Below, one piece after another: positions 4,603 to 5,804 of a stretch of 5,804 nucleotides of DNA. Under the pieces are notes generated by a model, which was given only the letters and a program-made list of their open reading frames with translations, did not search any database and was not told the origin of the DNA. The stretch covers positions 1 through 5,804 of the IMG/VR virus record IMGVR_UViG_3300023699_000001, one strand, 5' to 3'. Numbering within the stretch: the first letter of the stretch is position 1; every line of letters begins with the position of its first letter. Origin of the DNA: a virus. A program made the translations under genes and the position numbers.

Positions 4603-5544
4603 ATGGGAAATGAAACTTGGCGCGATGAAATAGAGTTTGGAGTTGGGTATGCAACTGGTAACCCTCTTGCGGCAAAAGTAGCAGGATGGGCATGGGATGC
4701 TTACACAAAAAACAAACCAAAAAAAAATACTGGTCACCCATCTGGCGGAACAGCCGATGGCAAACCAAATTACAATTACGGCGATTTAGCTAGCATAACA
4801 ATGCAAGCCGCCGCCGCGAGAAAATCACGTAAACAACAAGCGCAAGCAACGCAAAACGCAGGCAAGCTTGATCTAGGATACCTACGTCAAGAAGCTGAAA
4901 ACAATGGATTTAATCCATTAACAGTTTTGCAATCAACAGGCGGTGCCGGAAGCACAAAATCACCAAATGCAGGCTTATTAGCCTCGTCACAATTTTGGGC
5001 AACATATGCTGACGGTTTAGGCGAACTAAACAACAGGCAATATGAGCAAGGATTAATAGACGCAAACAAAAAACCTGAAAAAACAGAACGAGAAAAGTTT
5101 ATTGATCAATATAGAGTTCCATTATTAGTACCAGTTACAACTGGTGGAATGGACGGTGAAACAAACGTTAGTTATATGACAATAAACCCTGAATTAATGG
5201 AAACTCGTATGAGTGAATTAATGGGTTCAATGTTTGTTCAAGGTATTCAATACACATATCAAAATGGCGTTAATTTTAAAGGATTTTTAGACGCAGTTAA
5301 GGGTTTACCACCTGCTTTTACAAAATCATTAGAAAATTTATATGAACTTTTTGATGGAGAAGTGCCAACAGAAAAAGAATTAAAAGCCGCTGTTGCAAAA
5401 GAATTGGGTAAACAAGGCGCAGATATGCTTGGTGAGTATTTGCAAAGCAAATTACCAAAGAAAAATACAAGCATTAAAGAAAGCACTCTTCCACCACATG
5501 AATACGAATACAATATGTATGACGACACATATAAGAAAAAATAA
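4603..5544 (+). CDS. VP2: VP2-like minor capsid / DNA pilot protein, 313 aa
   Basis: SD ggag (4591-4594) lies 8 nt before the ATG. The size fits, with a Gly/Ala-rich N-terminus, a Gln/Ala-rich stretch (KSRKQQAQATQNAG) and EAENNGFNPLTVL, which resembles the AGLNP-type motif I recall from microvirus VP2/pilot proteins. It lies directly upstream of VP1. Coding status is near certain; the family call is moderate. Confidence 0.7.
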   Translation: MGNETWRDEIEFGVGYATGNPLAAKVAGWAWDAYTKNKPKKNTGHPSGGTADGKPNYNYGDLASITMQAAAARKSRKQQAQATQNAGKLDLGYLRQEAENNGFNPLTVLQSTGGAGSTKSPNAGLLASSQFWATYADGLGELNNRQYEQGLIDANKKPEKTEREKFIDQYRVPLLVPVTTGGMDGETNVSYMTINPELMETRMSELMGSMFVQGIQYTYQNGVNFKGFLDAVKGLPPAFTKSLENLYELFDGEVPTEKELKAAVAKELGKQGADMLGEYLQSKLPKKNTSIKESTLPPHEYEYNMYDDTYKKK

Positions 5545-5547
5545 TGT

Positions 5548-5560
5548 GTAAAAAGTGCAA
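5548..5560 (+). repeat. Copy 4 of recurrent word, extended 13-mer GTAAAAAGTGCAA
   Basis: Identical to 4324-4336. It lies in the VP2-VP1 spacer, 49 nt before the VP1 ATG. TATTAA follows at 5576-5581. Confidence 0.6.
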
Positions 5561-5608
5561 AAAAATAAGAAAAATTATTAAGCAAATCATTTTAAGGAGA
5601 AACAAAAA

Positions 5609-5804
5609 ATGAGAATGACTGAATTATTAACAACCACGCCAATAGCACAAAGGCGAAGTGTAAGAGGCCTTAAAAAAAGGATTCTTACAAGCTTTGATGC
5701 AGGCAAGATAATACCTTTATCTTATGAGTGGTTACACAGAGAGGACGCAGTACAATCTGGACGTGTACGTATAAACGTGCAATCAGAAATGTTTGCGGAC
5801 GGAA
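5609..5804 (+). CDS. VP1: Major capsid protein VP1, 5' portion (continues in frame at position 39 of the window / position 1 of the circle)
   Basis: ATG 5609 (a second ATG lies at 5615), with SD aaggag (5594-5599) 9 nt upstream. The frame is open to the window end and continuous with 1..1513 through the 38-nt overlap (5777 - 5609 = 168, a multiple of 3). Confidence 0.9.
   Translation, partial: MRMTELLTTTPIAQRRSVRGLKKRILTSFDAGKIIPLSYEWLHREDAVQSGRVRINVQSEMFADG
5767..5804. repeat. Terminal overlap, copy 2 (identical to 1..38)
   Basis: See copy 1. It defines a unit length of 5,766 nt. Confidence 0.95.

Noticed and set aside
1-5804. tRNA, rRNA, CRISPR array, transposase/IS element or integrase
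   Set aside because: I see no cloverleaf-compatible sequence with a T-loop motif and no spaced direct-repeat array. No ORF has recombinase or transposase features. The whole window is accounted for by a compact microvirus genome.

Overview
The window holds one complete, circularly permuted genome of a small ssDNA phage of the family Microviridae (not phiX-like; gokusho/picho-like), plus a 38-nt assembly overlap. Positions 5767..5804 are identical to 1..38, so the circle is 5,766 nt. All genes I can support are on the + strand. They are: major capsid VP1, split by the linearisation (5609..5804 joined in frame to 1..1513, 556 codons); a 172-aa protein of unknown function; a peptidase-M15 (VanY/LAS-type zinc cell-wall hydrolase); the HUH rolling-circle Rep VP4; two tightly coupled small membrane-protein ORFs absent from the ORF track (one starts with GTG, both are under 60 aa); and a 313-aa VP2-like pilot/minor capsid protein. 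A 459-nt stretch between Rep and these small ORFs is mostly non-coding. It has a GC-rich half packed with hairpins and an AT-rich half that looks like a promoter. Points worth a second look: (i) a muralytic enzyme together with a pinholin-like two-TM ORF and a one-TM peptide, a holin/endolysin-style arrangement unusual in a family known for single-gene lysis or no known lysis gene; (ii) three adjacent or overlapping G6/C6 hairpins just after rep, a candidate ssDNA origin or terminator; (iii) a strongly basic ORF overprinting the rep 3' end, reachable by -1 slippage on an A7 run; (iv) the word AAAAAGTGC recurring four times, three of them at or just outside gene boundaries; (v) a dif-core-like 14-nt AT palindrome; (vi) a VP4-VP2-VP1 gene order with no recognisable VP3 or VP5. 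All family assignments rest on motifs I recognise by eye. No database search was run.
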